A stretch of DNA of 64,000 nt from Cycas panzhihuaensis. Taxonomy: Eukaryota; Plantae; Cycadophyta. Under the pieces are notes generated by a model. It worked only from the letters and a program-made list of their open reading frames with translations. It ran no database searches and was not told where the DNA came from. Shown piece after piece: positions 23,429 through 36,614 of this stretch; position 1 is the stretch's first letter; each line of letters starts with the position of its first letter. The stretch spans positions 137,027,741 to 137,091,740 of the forward strand of contig CM041465.1 of the NCBI GenBank assembly GCA_023213395.1, in the 5' to 3' direction. Position numbers and translations under genes: made by a program.

Positions 23429-25237
23429 CTAGAGTTTTACGTTTTTAGTTTCTGGTATAATCGTCATTAGGTTAGTGGCTCTGGCCTTCCCTTTACAATC
23501 CTCTGTCTTATGGTCACTTGGACCGCAATTACTGCATATGAATGGTTTCTGCTCGTATTCTTGTTTAGTTGGGCATTCAGACTTCCAGTGCCCAAATTGT
23601 AAACAAATGAGGCATCTCCCCATGGGTTGCTTCTTTCTCGAGGGCTCTTGTGTACCCCTCGTTGTGTAAACATTCTGAGGTGGGTTGCCTCCCCTTCCGC
23701 TACCTCGTCCTCTGTAGGCTTTCCCTCTGGGATTGTAGAAACAATCTTTAGTCACATGCGTATCAACATCACATATGTGGCACCATTTGTCCTGTTGGTG
23801 CAATGCACTAGTTTTTGGATTCAGTGCGCATTCTTTAGTTGTATGTGAATTCTCTTCACAGATATGGCACCATTTGGTTATCTTTTCGGCATGGTCTTTC
23901 TTTTTCGTCGTTTCTTCTTCTCTGCTATTTCTGATTTTTAGCCTGGCCACTTCCTTTCTTAAGGCTTCCAATTCTGATTCCTCTTTTGCTACTCCCACCT
24001 GGCAGAAGGGTCGATTATACTGATTTTTCTTGAGTTCCCTAATCTCCTCTTGCAATCTTAATAGTAGGGAGTCATGTCCTCTTGCCTGTGCATCCATCTC
24101 CATTTCAAAGTCCAATGCTAAATCTTTGGCATTTTTAAATGATTTCAACGGATGGGCATGTATCATGGCTCTCAGTTTTTCATTCAATCCTCTCACAAAA
24201 TAGTTCTTCATGTTGTGGTCAGTTACCGTTTCGTTAATCATACTGGCCGCGATGATTTTTATTCTGCTGATATAAGTTAGCACTGATTCTTCCGGCCTTT
24301 GTTTAATTTCCTTCAAGGCGATTTGCACTGCTTCGTTACTACGGAACTTTTGAAATCTTTCTTCGAAGGATTTCTTGATCTTTTCCCATGAACCATTCTT
24401 GTTTATTTCTTTGTACCATGCCAATGGTACTCCCCTCAGTGTACAGGCGAATCTGGCTTTTATCTCATCCTCGTATGTAATCTTTTTCACATCAATCAGA
24501 TTCTGAAAGAGGTATACGTGTTCTGCTGTGTCCAAAGTGTCGTTGAAAATCAACTTTCCAAAGTCTCTGTAATCATCCATCTTGGGGAATTGCAACAATG
24601 TCCCACCTGGTGGTGATTCTTCCCTTTTCTCCTCCTTCGGGGATGCAGTTGGAGTGCCTACTGCTGTATTATCCTTCCCAAATAACGGATTCTTAAATGG
24701 GGTTTTAATATGTATAGGTTCTACTACACCTGGCACTTGTATGGTTAACGATGTCACTGTAATATATGCTTGATCAGATCCTCTGTCTGATGAATCCTCA
24801 AAAAGCTGTCTTGTGAGCTTATTTTCCCAATATGCCGAGGGACCTTCCTCCGCCTTCTTCTCGCTGTCACTTAGGTCCTTCGGACTATCCTCCACAGGTA
24901 TACTTCCCTCTTTTAAGGTTTGTTTATGTTCCTTATTCACCTTTGATTTTTCTTCATATTCTGGGCTAAACAAATCATCTTTGATTGGGGTTGGTGTTAA
25001 TACCATACGTTTTCCATTAGTTCCCTCTTCTTGTTCTTGAGGTGTCTGGGCTCCACTTGCCTCAGATCCTTCAACGGACTGTCCCTTAGTCTCGTTGTTC
25101 TGCAAACTTAATCTCCTCACCCTTCTCAGTTTTGATTCCTTCGACCATCGTAATGCCCTTTGTCTGCTGGTTTCCTTCCCCTTGGGTGAAGTATCCTTTT
25201 GTGGCTCTTCTGACCTTGAAGGCCTCTTAGGTGGCAT
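23429..25237 (-). CDS. gag: Element B Gag (602 aa open; capsid plus four CCHC zinc knuckles)
   Basis: TLRGVPLAWY; major-homology-like IKQRPEESVLTY; FVRGL; four CX2CX4HX4C motifs. The frame continues past the stop toward the protease. Confidence 0.92.
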   Translation of the reverse strand: MPPKRPSRSEEPQKDTSPKGKETSRQRALRWSKESKLRRVRRLSLQNNETKGQSVEGSEASGAQTPQEQEEGTNGKRMVLTPTPIKDDLFSPEYEEKSKVNKEHKQTLKEGSIPVEDSPKDLSDSEKKAEEGPSAYWENKLTRQLFEDSSDRGSDQAYITVTSLTIQVPGVVEPIHIKTPFKNPLFGKDNTAVGTPTASPKEEKREESPPGGTLLQFPKMDDYRDFGKLIFNDTLDTAEHVYLFQNLIDVKKITYEDEIKARFACTLRGVPLAWYKEINKNGSWEKIKKSFEERFQKFRSNEAVQIALKEIKQRPEESVLTYISRIKIIAASMINETVTDHNMKNYFVRGLNEKLRAMIHAHPLKSFKNAKDLALDFEMEMDAQARGHDSLLLRLQEEIRELKKNQYNRPFCQVGVAKEESELEALRKEVARLKIRNSREEETTKKKDHAEKITKWCHICEENSHTTKECALNPKTSALHQQDKWCHICDVDTHVTKDCFYNPRGKAYRGRGSGRGGNPPQNVYTTRGTQEPSRKKQPMGRCLICLQFGHWKSECPTKQEYEQKPFICSNCGPSDHKTEDCKGKARATNLMTIIPETKNVKL

Positions 25238-25360
25238 TGGAAGGTCCCCTGGCTGCCGATGGCTTAGTTACAACCTGCCATCACGACAATGCCGGGGTCC
25301 TCGCCCTTTACACATTCCTTTCCTTGAAACTCACAGGCCTGTCCCTCCTTAATGGACGTA

Positions 25361-25373
25361 GGCAACGGAACCA
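25361..25373 (-). promoter_or_regulatory. Primer binding site complementary to tRNA-Glu
   Basis: Minus-strand TGGTTCCGTTGCC, 1 nt after the 5' LTR; complement of the plant tRNA-Glu 3' end ...GGCAACGGAA-CCA (recalled sequence). Confidence 0.8.
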
Positions 25374-25374
25374 A

Positions 25375-26190
25375 TGTTGACTCAGGTGTTCCCACTGCAC
25401 TTGTGGGAACAATGCACTTGTCAAGGTTACACAGGCTATAGTCTAGTTAGGATATGGTCAACATGGTTATTCACATACATTCCACAGATTATTCACAGAA
25501 TTATATCACAATAGTACACGTGACGTAAATCAACACATATTCAGCCTTTCATCCTTATAAACACAGAGAATACACAGTTTTCCACGTAACTCTTTTTTCC
25601 ATTAAGCAATAAGTTCAATTACACAGAGGTCTGAAATGCATTCCTGTGCATTTCAGCAGCATACACTCTTCTATTACATGCGTACCCAGGTGGTACTTAT
25701 CAATAACACTTGCTTCAAATGGCTGTCATATGTGCTGGCATCCGTACCATTGCGTACCCTGAATATTCGGCTCTTACCCTAACCGAATGGTCCTTGCGTA
25801 CTTCCTTAAATGTGCCTCTTCGTACCTTTTGGCTGAAGGGTTATGACTACCTGTCATAACCGTGCCCCTTCAGTCAAACGTATCTTTTTCTTAATCATTA
25901 GTTATACCTTTAACTAATGTCTTCATCATGTCCGTACGATAAAATGCGTGCGTCGTGCAGCGACTCAGGGCTTCTCTTGGTCCCGTACTATCGCATGCGT
26001 CGCTTGTTTAGTTCCGTTCATTTGTTGATGCGTATACGTATTCGTGCCGTTCTAGGTACACACCGTCATACGTGCCTGAATCTGGTTTTCCACTGTTTTG
26101 CCTCGTGCGTACCTCCGTACCTACACATCTAGGGTTATCCAGCCTACCTCTGCTCTTCCAACAACCATATGATCAATTTATGCCCCAACA
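25375..26190 (-). repeat. Element B 5' LTR (816 bp)
   Basis: Adjacent to the PBS and to the TSD. Confidence 0.97.
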
Positions 26191-28430
26191 CTAACAGTTT
26201 GGGTGGGACTAGTCATTATGCCCACCAAGGTGTATTGTTGTTCATTAACTATAAACTCCATCCATAGCTCAGTGATATCCCATAGGATGAGTCCCAACGT
26301 GCGAAGCCATTGAGCCCTCAACACCATGTTAGAATCTCCTAGTTAGAGTGCAGACATGTCTGATTTCGTAGCTTAGGCCCCCATGGATAATTTGATGTTT
26401 CGACACTTGCCCTTACAATACAATGTTCCTTTGTTAGCTATCATTACCTCGAAATTGTTGAGTGGGTAAATGTAACATCCTGTTTGTTTGGCTACTCTAG
26501 GATCAATAAAATTTTGGGCATTCCTTGAGTCAATGGGAATAGTCAAACGATGCCCCTTGAAGTATACCAACACTTTCATGCTTTGGGGTGTGTTAATTCT
26601 AGCTAATGTGTGCATTGAAATTTTGAGGGTTGGGTCCTCATTGCCAATGGTCTTTTTAGTTTGTTCATCCTTTGAGTTATCATCTAAGGCATCTAACATG
26701 TCAACCATGGAAGGTGTTTTGACATCTGATAAATGGAGTCTTTGTTTTGTGCTTTTGTGACTAGGCATATATTTTTCATCATAGTTATAACATAGCTGCC
26801 TTGTTTTGTAGGGGGCCATCTCTTCTTGACTTAAGCGCTTAATAGGTGGTGCCCTGGGCCGAGTCTGGTCAAGCCAACTGTGGGGTCGAACTTGTGGAGT
26901 TTTGAATGGTTGGTGCATGTCGACAGATTTATTAATTTTGCTAACCCTAGGGCTTCTCTGAAGGTAGTGGGCTTAAACATTTTAACTTCCACATGCATGT
27001 CCTCTTTTAAGCCACTGATAACACAACTCTTGAAGAAAGCCTCATCGAGTTACACTATTTGACTTGGCAATTTTTCTAACTGTGTTTGATGCTCGCGGAT
27101 AGAATGAGTTTGTTTTAATTTAGTTAAGGCCCCTATGAAGTCTTCATATTCATTTGGTCCAAATTATGTGAGCAAGTATTTGCTAAATTTGACCTACGTG
27201 AGGACACCATAGGTTTTTTCTAGCCACTGGTATGACTGGATTGTATCATGTTCTAGGTGGAATGATGCTACGGAAACTCTTTGGTCCATGGGTGTCTAGT
27301 GGACAGGGAAATATTGTTCTGCCCTATATAACCAACTAGCAAGATCTTCGCCATCAAATTTAGGAAAATCTAGCTTAAGGGGCTAGAGTGTGCCACCAAC
27401 TTGGGGTTTGCTCGAAAATTGTTGGCTTGCATTGGTACCCTGTCCTGTGGATGAGTGCCCATCTTGCGACATTAGAAGGTTCATGGCATTATATTTGGCA
27501 TTCAACCCAATCAATCTATTGTTGAGGTCGTCAATTTGGTTCGGCTTGAACTAGACAAAGAAGATAAGAAGGGAAGGTGATCAGGATTTGCAAAATTCAA
27601 TCCAGCTTGGATAACTGTTAGAGTATAGCTAATTGTGTTGCTTTGGATTGTTTTGATATCCGCATCCTTTTTCTCCAAGGAGAGGTCTTGGGATTTACAA
27701 CTACTAGCTATATTAGCTTCTTGAGGTTGTTTGGTAGGGTTACTAGAGATCTATATCAAAATGATCAACTCATCAAGAGGATCGATTTGGGATATGTGGT
27801 TAGAAGTTGAAATTTTACACTCGAGGCACTCTTTGTCTGGATCACTTTGTGTTGCTAGATTTGCCACAATTCCAAATGGTTTGTAAAATATTCCTTCTTG
27901 TAGTTTTAAATTTTTCTTTACGTTACTGCCCAAGTCTATTTAGATTAGTAGTTTCAATACTTCCAGTCACTATACAAGTATGTTTAGATCTAATCTTGAC
28001 TATTGTGAGATATTCTATGTTGTAGTTTCAAAATGTCTTTCAAACCACTACCTAGGTATATCCAGATTAGAGGTTTCAATATTTTTTATTGCTGTCCAAG
28101 TATGTCAAGATCTATTCACGGCCAGGGTATGGGAAATTTCTAGTTGAGAGAGTATCTGGTTTGCAAGTTCTCTGATATACTCAAAGGTACATAGAGAGTA
28201 GCTTCCTAGTGTTAACCATTAACTAGTGCACTGCAGAGTCAGATGGCTGATGGTTGCCTAGGGCTTCCTATAACTAGGTATCTCCCAACCTAAGGGGTCC
28301 TCCTATACACCCAAAGGTATGTGGAGGCTCGATTCTATATATTGATGCTATCTAAGGCTTATGTGTTGGTGTCTTTTGCACCTTAGTTCACATGCCGGTT
28401 TATCACCAAGCATACTTAGCAAGTAACGAT
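26191..28430 (-). mobile_element. Gypsy element C, 5' part (leader, gag, protease)
   Basis: LKLDFPKFDGEDLASW near 27330-27380; ORF 26373-26918 with PR-like IDSRNAQNFI; continues across TSD CTAAC into 15601. Right boundary uncertain. Confidence 0.75.
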
Positions 28431-29141
28431 AGCTCTGTGATTTTTAAAAATCCCTAGAATGAGGTTTCTATCCTGGACATTATTACAAAAGGAAAAAAAG
28501 AGAGAAAATATTCAAGCACTAGGTTAGTACCCCATTGTTTTCACCATTTTCTGATCACCAAGATCCCGTAAGGGCAAGGTGAGAGCATATGGTGGTTAGT
28601 TGCAGTAGGCCACTAAAAAAATTACCACAATAGAATATGGTCATGGAAAGCGCTTTAATACCGCTTGATACGATACTTCTTGTAATCACAAATACTGAAA
28701 ATAACAATATGCATATATGCATAAATATAACTCAAATCAAAGAAATTACCAAAATAATCAAAGTGCGTATGCTCATAAAGGAATCATTTATAATGTCTCA
28801 AGCCACTTCAAAGAGGCAACGTGCTTAAGAGCAAAACTCAATTACAAGAGATTCAAAAGATATCCTCAAAACTACAAAATGTACAATTATAAAGGAGAGT
28901 CTTATCCCTGTCATGTTATTGAGTGGTGCATGTGGGATAATTCAGCACATACAAAAATAACACGAGTTGTACCGTGAATATTACAATGCTTTATACATCA
29001 TGATTATTACATGGCGTTATACAATGGATGGTTAGGACACGAGGGTCGTAGCAGCTCCATTGGATTTTATGACATATAAGAAACATAATTTCCAAACTAG
29101 TTTCTCCTTTTTTTTTTTTAATTAAAAAAAAAACACAACAG

Positions 29142-29237
29142 AGAATGACACAAACACATGAGGTCATATCTGTGTATACACTCAAGTGGAATTTGCATTT
29201 CCAAAACATAGATATCATTGAAAAACTTCTCCCTCAG
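29142..29237 (+). CDS. Candidate host-gene exon (RMTQTHEVISVYTLKWNLHFQNIDIIEKLLPQ)
   Basis: AG at 29140-29141, CAG|GTTGGG donor, open frame, non-TE context. Product not recognised. Confidence 0.3.
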
Positions 29238-30344
29238 GTTGGGTGTGTGTTGGTGATGCTTGTTATTACCCAAAATGTTGGAAGCATGCTGATTAATGAT
29301 AGGATATTGATTCCACAGTTTTATTTCAAAGCATTGCTAGATTTTCTATTTTCAACCTCTCGCTTTCCGTTGTTCAAATTTCCGTTTTCTGACTGAAAAT
29401 TAGTCCGGACAGTTTTTCTTTATTGCTTCAGACAATTGGGTTGCAGAAATTCATTCAGGTTTCTCCTATCGCATTGCATAATGCTACTACCCTTTCAAAG
29501 GAATCTCATGATTCATCTTTCACACCAGGTTCACTTCAGTTTGTTGTGGGAGATTGGGATTGCTTAAAAATTCTATGCTTGCTTCTTCCGAGAGCTCAAC
29601 AATCTTGTTGTCTCTTCTGTCTGGAAGAAATCTGCAATCTGCACATTGAAAATTATTGCTAAAGAGAACTGTCGTGTGCCATGATCCCCTCTGTTTCAAT
29701 CCTCTGTTCCAGTTGGAATTGTTATTGTACATAATGATCATCTTTCATCTGGTCACAATTGACTTCAGTAGATGAGAGAATGCAATTGCTGAAAATTTTG
29801 TTTCCAAATTTAGAGTCTCCAATGGTTTGAGTAAATTTTCTTTTTAAAAAAGAACTTGAAGTTTTTGCATTCTGCATATTCCATGAATAGTCTGAAGAAG
29901 AGAATTTGCGCTGAGGTTGTTATGCTACGTAAACCTTCTGCTCTAAATTCCCTCTTCAGTTGACTTGTTCCTATTTAAAATGAATCTGTTTTCATTTGGT
30001 CACAACTCCCAACAGTAGGCTTACCATCCTCATCAATGGGGCCAAAATGATGAGTTCCAATACTCTGCTGTAATAAATGTATCCTCAGGTTTGGTTTTAA
30101 ATGATGAATGAAAAGTAGAATTTTCCAGTTGCTAGTGATGAGAACATATGAATGGGAGCCAATCTCTTGTGATTCAAACTTTTAAATGTAAAAACAAAGT
30201 AAATGATGGAAAACAAAAGAAAGCAAACTTGAAAATATAAATGCTTGAAAATAAAATCCATGCAGGCAGCACACACAAATCATAAATCTTAATTAGAGGC
30301 TTTTGGATCGATCACTCGGTGTTGAAAGGGTTATTGTTCTCCAG

Positions 30345-30463
30345 TGCTTTCAAATGGAGAAATGTTGAGCATCCCAAGGACAACCTTCCTAAAGGACACA
30401 AGTCTTCATTTGATTTCCACTTTCATGAAGTGTTTATACATTTGCTTTGGGAAGTTGCTGAAG
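30345..30463 (+). CDS. Candidate host-gene exon (AFKWRNVEHPKDNLPKGHKSSFDFHFHEVFIHLLWEVAE)
   Basis: TTGTTCTCCAG acceptor, AAG|GTATGC donor, open frame. Confidence 0.4.
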
Positions 30464-31125
30464 GTATGCAGCTAATCTTTTAAACTAATCTCTAATGGCT
30501 CATAAATACTTTACTTTAATCATCAAGTTGCATGAAACATGTGGAGTCCATTATAACCCTTCATTGAGTTACCTCTCCCAATTATGAAGGTAATTTAATA
30601 AATATTCTACCTTCACATAAAGTGAAGGCAACTAATAAAACACATTCTTTTGACATTTATGGGCACATAAACAGGACCTATACATGCCGATATGGATGAA
30701 TGCTGTTGATACTACAAAGATGAGATTTTAGTGAATTATAGATAAAGAAACAGGTACAAATGATATGCCAAGTCCTCAAAATGCCATCAAATGCTGGTCA
30801 AAGTTGAGGTCAATATTGGACAGAAATTGTCCCTCACACCATAATTAACCTTAAAACTTGTCTTTGAGGCTTAACCTTGAGACCTTTAACGTTGAAAGCT
30901 TACTTTTATATTAATTTAATTGTTAATTTTATAGCTAAATTCCATTCAATAACATGATTGAAGTACATCACTTAAGTGTACAGCTGGGCTAGATATATGC
31001 TTAATTTTCGAGGGAGATTTGGTGACAATTTTGAGGTGTTTTTCGACTCTTTTAATCACGTCCAAAAACCACATTTGTCTCAAGCAAGAGCTGGTGCCAA
31101 CCAAAGGGAAAATATTGTGCTTTAT

Positions 31126-31491
31126 TGATATCATTAATGTTTTGCCCTCCTTGCTTTGTGCACAAAATTTTCTTGGAAAGATAAGAAGCTTCAGGCCTCA
31201 AAGTTTTCTTAAGAAGTTAGAACCTAAATTAGGCCAGAGGAAGTGGTAAGAAGGAATGTCTTCTCCTTTTTTTCATTGATTCCTTTGGAAAGCTATACAT
31301 ATTTATACAAACTCAGGTTAGTTTGTATGTGGGACATTCTCGTGTTCTATGTAGGACATGTGTCACTTGTGTACCTAATTAATAATTAGATACCCTAAGT
31401 ATCTTTACAATGTTATGTATATCTAATTGATAATTAGGTACCCTAAGTACCTTTTTACAATAAGACTAGGACTATACATAAATACTTATCA
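31126..31491 (-). repeat. 3' LTR of the CRM-like element
   Basis: Direct repeat of 36615-36981; contains a duplicated TAATTAG(G/A)TACCCTAAGTA unit. Confidence 0.95.
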
Positions 31492-31499
31492 TTTTCTCC

Positions 31500-34400
31500 C
31501 TACTTAAAAAGAAATTGGCCCCAATTTTTGCTCAAGATGGAGAAAATGGTCCTTGGGTGCTGATTCAGAGATTCATTTGGCTTTGGTGGGTAGAGTCCCT
31601 TTTCGACCAATGAGAGATATGGGTGTTGTACGTTGTCGTGTCTGTCGATGTCGAGTGTCAAGAATGTTGTCTTCAAAAAGAAAAGGCTGGAAATCTGGAA
31701 CTGTATCAATAGGATGAGCGGGAGGAGGTTTAACTTCCAAATGCGGTGGCTCATATAACTTGAGTTGATTAATATTAACAACATCATGAATACCCAAATG
31801 GGTAGGTAGATCAAGGCGAAAAGCATTTGGTCCTATTGCATGAAGGATAGTATATGGACCAAACTGAATAGGTTTAAGCTTATGGTGATGCTTAACCATT
31901 TGCGATCAAGGTGAAGCTAAACTTTGTTGCCAACTTTAAAGGAACTTGGAGAACGATGTTGATCCTAAGCGGATTTATATTTGACTTGTGTTTGATGAAG
32001 TATCTGGCTGATTGTGGAATGCAGTTTGGTCATGTGATCAATAAAGGAAACAACTTTCTATTGCTCCTTTTGTTCATGTCCTATCACAGAAGAAGGTATA
32101 ACAAGGGAGAGTTCATAAAGAGCAAGTGGTTGATACCCATAGCAAATTTCGAAGGGAGATCGTCTAAGAGAAACGTGAGTTGCTCAATTATAATTGTGTT
32201 GGATATGATGCAAATGTGTGTCCCACTATTTATTGCTATGTTGGTAAATACAAAGTGCATGTACTAGAGTGCGATTAACCATACATACATCCATCAATCT
32301 GAGGATGGAACGACGTTGAAAACTTTAATTGACAACCAAGCATCTTCCATAGAGATTTCCAAAAATAGCTAAAAAATCGACTATCCCTATTGGAAATTAT
32401 AGAAAGGGGAAGTCCATAATGAGTCCAAACATGTTGAAAAAACAAGTCCGCAGCGTGAAAAGCAGAAATGTTTTTTGTGCAGGGAATAAAAATCGCCATC
32501 TTGGAAAACTGACAAACAATGACAAATATGCAGTCGTGACCATGTTGAGTTGTGGGAAGTCTGTTGACGAGGTCCATCGAAATAGATTCCCATGGTCGAC
32601 TGGGAACAAGAAGTGGTTCATAAAGTCCATATTTGTGATTAGATGGTTTTGACTGACTGCAGAGAGAGCAACGTCGTACATAGTCTTCAACTGTCTTTTG
32701 CATAGAAGCCTAGTAAAAATATTGTTGAAGATGTTGAAGAGTTTTATGCATTTCAAAGTGTCCACCACAAGTCGAAGAATGAGCTTCTTTAAGTATTTGT
32801 TGTTGCAGAGTGCCTATAGGAACACTTAGACGATTCACTTTGTAGAGGAGTCCATTTTTGAGATGATAATCTAAAAACGACTCAAGATTGGTTTTTGTTG
32901 GTTGAGACAAAGCAGTAAGGATAGGACCAAATTAGGGATCAGAAGGAAGCAAGTGTTGCCATTCGGAATATAGGCTGAGTGTGGTATTGAGGAAGGTGGC
33001 CAAAGCTAGGGTGGGAGGCCGACTAAGGAAATCAACGACTTTGTTAGAAACTCCTTTTTTGTATTTAATGACTATTTGGAATTGTTGAATATAGGAAGCC
33101 CACTTAAGATGTCTGTGTTCTTGGATTTTGGTTTGGGGGTTAAGAAACTGTAGGGGTTGGTGATCAGTATGAACAATGGTTTTGTTGCCAAGGAGAAAGT
33201 GTCTCCAATGACGTAGGGCCTGTACAAGGGCATAAAATTCTTTGTCATAAGTACTGTAGTTGAGTTTGGCTTGGGAGAAGGTTTCAAAATGATAAGCAAT
33301 AGGATGTCCTCCCTGTTTAAGAATGACACCAAGGGCAAATTGGGAAGCATCAGTTTCTAGTTCAAAAGGTTGAGCGAGATCTAGAAGACGAAGAACAGTG
33401 CGATCTGGAGGGCAATTTTGAGTTCTTGGAAAACTAATTCAGCAAAAGAGTTGCAGACAAAACTTGTGGAATTTTTGGTAAGAATGTTGAGTGGATGTGC
33501 AATGCTAGAAAAGTGAGAAATGAATTTCCTATGAAAGTTGATAGAACCAAGAAAACTTTTCAGCTCAATTAGAGTAGAAGGGGTTGGCCATTGCTGAATT
33601 ATTTGTACCCTTTCTGGATCAACATGGATGCCGTCCTCGTCAATGATGAATCCCATATAAGAGATAGAGTTTTGTGTGAAGAAACATTTCTTGAATTTAG
33701 CTTTGAGATGATGTTGTCGTAATAAAACCATGACCGTATTGACATGATGTAGATGTGCTTCCAAATTGTCGTTGAAGACCTAGATATCATCAAGATAGGC
33801 AATGACAAATTTATCTAAATGAGGGCGAAAAATATCATTGATAAGTTGCATAAAAGTAGCAGGAGCATTAGCCAAACCGAAAGGCATGACTAACCACTCA
33901 TAAAGGCCATTTTGAGTCTTGAAGGTTGTTTTCCATGTGTCCTGAGCTTTGACCCAAACTTGATGGTATCTAGAAGCCAAATTAATTTTAGTAAAATATT
34001 TGGCTCCCTTGAGATGATCTAATAAATCATCAATGCATGGCAGTGGATATCGATTTTTAACAATGTTTTTGTTAAGAGGTTGATAGTTAATACACAAATG
34101 CCATTCTTTATCCTTTTTTGGAATGAGAATTGCAGGTGAACCACAATGAGAACTACTAGGTTGAATATTACCTTCATCAATCAACTGAGCCAATTGGCAC
34201 TCTAGTTCAACATGAGTGAGAGGAGTAGTGCGATATGGAGCTTGATTGGGAAGTGGAGAACCTGGAACAAAATTAATAGAATGTTGCACAACATGCATGG
34301 GAGGTAATCCCTTAGGTTCTGCAAAAACATCAAAGTACACATCCAAAAGAGATTTTATTGCTTTAGGAGGCATTTTAGTATAATTTTTCTTTTCTGCTTG

Positions 34401-35700
34401 TCGGATTACACAAAGTACTGTTTGCTTAGAGGTGCTGGCAAGTTTGACTACAAGATTGCTTGTGATGACAACCAAGGATGGAGAAGCACTATCTGCAGAA
34501 GTTAGTTTATATGCCTTCCCATTTTTATGCAGCATATAGGTGTTATGATATCCATCATATAATGCTCGTTGATCATGTCGATAAGGGCGTCCCAAGAGAA
34601 TGTTGCTGCAATCCATAGGAGTCACATCACAATCGACTGTATCCAAAAATGGTGGAATAGCAAAAGTAATAGTGCACATTTTGTCGACCACCATTGTATG
34701 ACCATTGGCTTTTGCCCACCCAAGAGTATAAGGCTTAGGGTGTGGCTTGGTCACCAATTGTAAAGAATCCACTAATGTTTGGGAGATCAAGTTCTTCATG
34801 CTTCCATTATCAATGATACAGAGAGCCAAGTGGTCCTTAATTTGAAAATTCTATGCGAAAAGTCTCTCTTTGAGAAGCAAAATATTCGGTGGTCATCAAC
34901 ACAAGATGTGGATCTGGAGCTTGGAAATTAGGGACCTCTATGACGTCAGTGGATTCTATCAGTGCCTGATGTTTAGCAATCAAAGTGTGAGATCTATGAT
35001 GTGCTCGATATTCAGCATCTGTATGGCCTTGGCTCTTGTGAAAAGAACAATATTTTTTTGTATTAACCATCCATGGCACATTAAATGCTTTGGAACTTGA
35101 GGCAAATGCTGGAGATGGTCGTGGCCTTCATTTCAACTTGTTTTCAATTTTGAGAGCAAATTGATAAGCAGCTTCAAGTGTAGGAATCTGAAGAAGATCT
35201 ATTTCACGCTACAAAGATGAAAAGAGTCCTCCAATAAATTTCAATTTGAGAATGTGGTCTGGATTAGAGATTTTTAACCGCATAGAAAGTTTGATGAATT
35301 CATCAATGTATTGTTGAATTGTTTGGCCTGCAATTTGTTGGAGATGAAGCCATCGTGTAGTGAGTCCATCAATGTATCTCAAAGGATAAAACCGACTATG
35401 AAAAACATTTTGAATTCTGCCCATGAAATAAGTGGTTTATCACCGGAGTATGCCTGCCACCATGTTAAAGCCTGTTCTTCCATATGTAGTTCAACAACTA
35501 TTATTTTTTGTGCTTTTGTGAATTGATGTGTCTTGAAATAGGGTTCTAAACTCCAAAGCCATGCATCTAATTTATTTGCTTTCATCGTACCTTCAAAAAG
35601 TGAAATATTGATTTTAGCATCCAATTAATGGGGATGACTGAATTGGAACGATTGTTGGGACGTTCTATTTGTGCAAAATTTGTGGAAACATGGTCATCAT
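31500..35700 (-). pseudogene. Gypsy gag-pol, multiple stops and frameshifts
   Basis: ORF fragments 35379-35624 (gag), 33780-34829 (PR-RT), 33381-33764, 32275-32703 (INT) and 31573-31899. Confidence 0.92.
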
Positions 35701-36614
35701 GCTAGTGACTAAATTTTGCTGAAAAGTTTGAGCATCTTGACGTTGATCACGAAGCTCTTGTGTTAAGAGTTCAGTGTTGTCCGGATGTGATTGGTCCTGT
35801 TGATCAAGAGATATGATTTTATGCAGGCTATGCCTGCCTATGAAAAGGGCACAATATGCTCGAAAAACTACAAATGTAAATTTGTATGGGGTATGCCTAC
35901 TTGTGGAGAGGGCTTATGGCAATATACCCCTTTTTCTTTTTTAAATTTAATCTATGTATATATATGGATGTGTGGAGTTCAAAAGACTTGGGAATATGAA
36001 AGGAAAGGTTTTTTTTTTCTTTGAATTTTTTTTCAATGCTTGAAAGTACGATACCGTATAGTTGTACAGCCGTACGGAAATGTACAGTCAAAATGAAAGT
36101 AGGTCTCAAATGAAAGGTTTTTGAGACACCTATCCAAGTCTACAATCAGTTTTTCATTCAACTGTCTTGTTTTGCAGATATTCATATTTGAAGGAATTTC
36201 GGCAACTAGAGTTTCAAAGCTATTTTTGCTTGTTTAAAAAAAATTACTAAATTTAATGTAGCAAATGTATATTCAAAAGAGAGATTTGTTCATTACGAAG
36301 ATTTTAAGACTAGTTTGAAGGAATTTGCCCGAGTGTTTGAAGAGAAATCTGCATTTGAATCTTTAAACCCACACCCTTTATTTTTCTTCAATTTCTCGAT
36401 TTTTGAGTGAGATTTTGGCTTCGGTCCTTTGAGGAAGTTTGTTGTCCGTACTATTGCGCACCTACTGGTGAAATTTCATCAATTTCGGAGCACTTTGTTT
36501 TTTGTCTGTACAATTTAGTACGGTGTTCTTATGGCTGTCCGTACTCTTCTACAATGTCTGAAAAAAAAATTCTGGGTCTTCTTCAGGCAGCTAACTGGGC
36601 TCTGATACCAAAAT

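Larger units (their letters stand above)
15602..26190 (-). mobile_element. Full-length non-chromovirus Ty3/Gypsy element B (Athila/Tat-related superlineage, no additional RNaseH seen)
   Basis: LTRs 15602-16431 and 25375-26190 (TGTTG...CAACA); perfect TSD CTAAC at 15597-15601 and 26191-26195; gag-PR-RT-RH-INT order; 3' accessory ORF. Confidence 0.97.

Noticed and set aside
28430-29100. Possible 5' LTR/PBS of Gypsy C (GCTCTG at 28432)
   Set aside because: Only 6 nt of PBS match and there is no partner LTR for confirmation; left unassigned.
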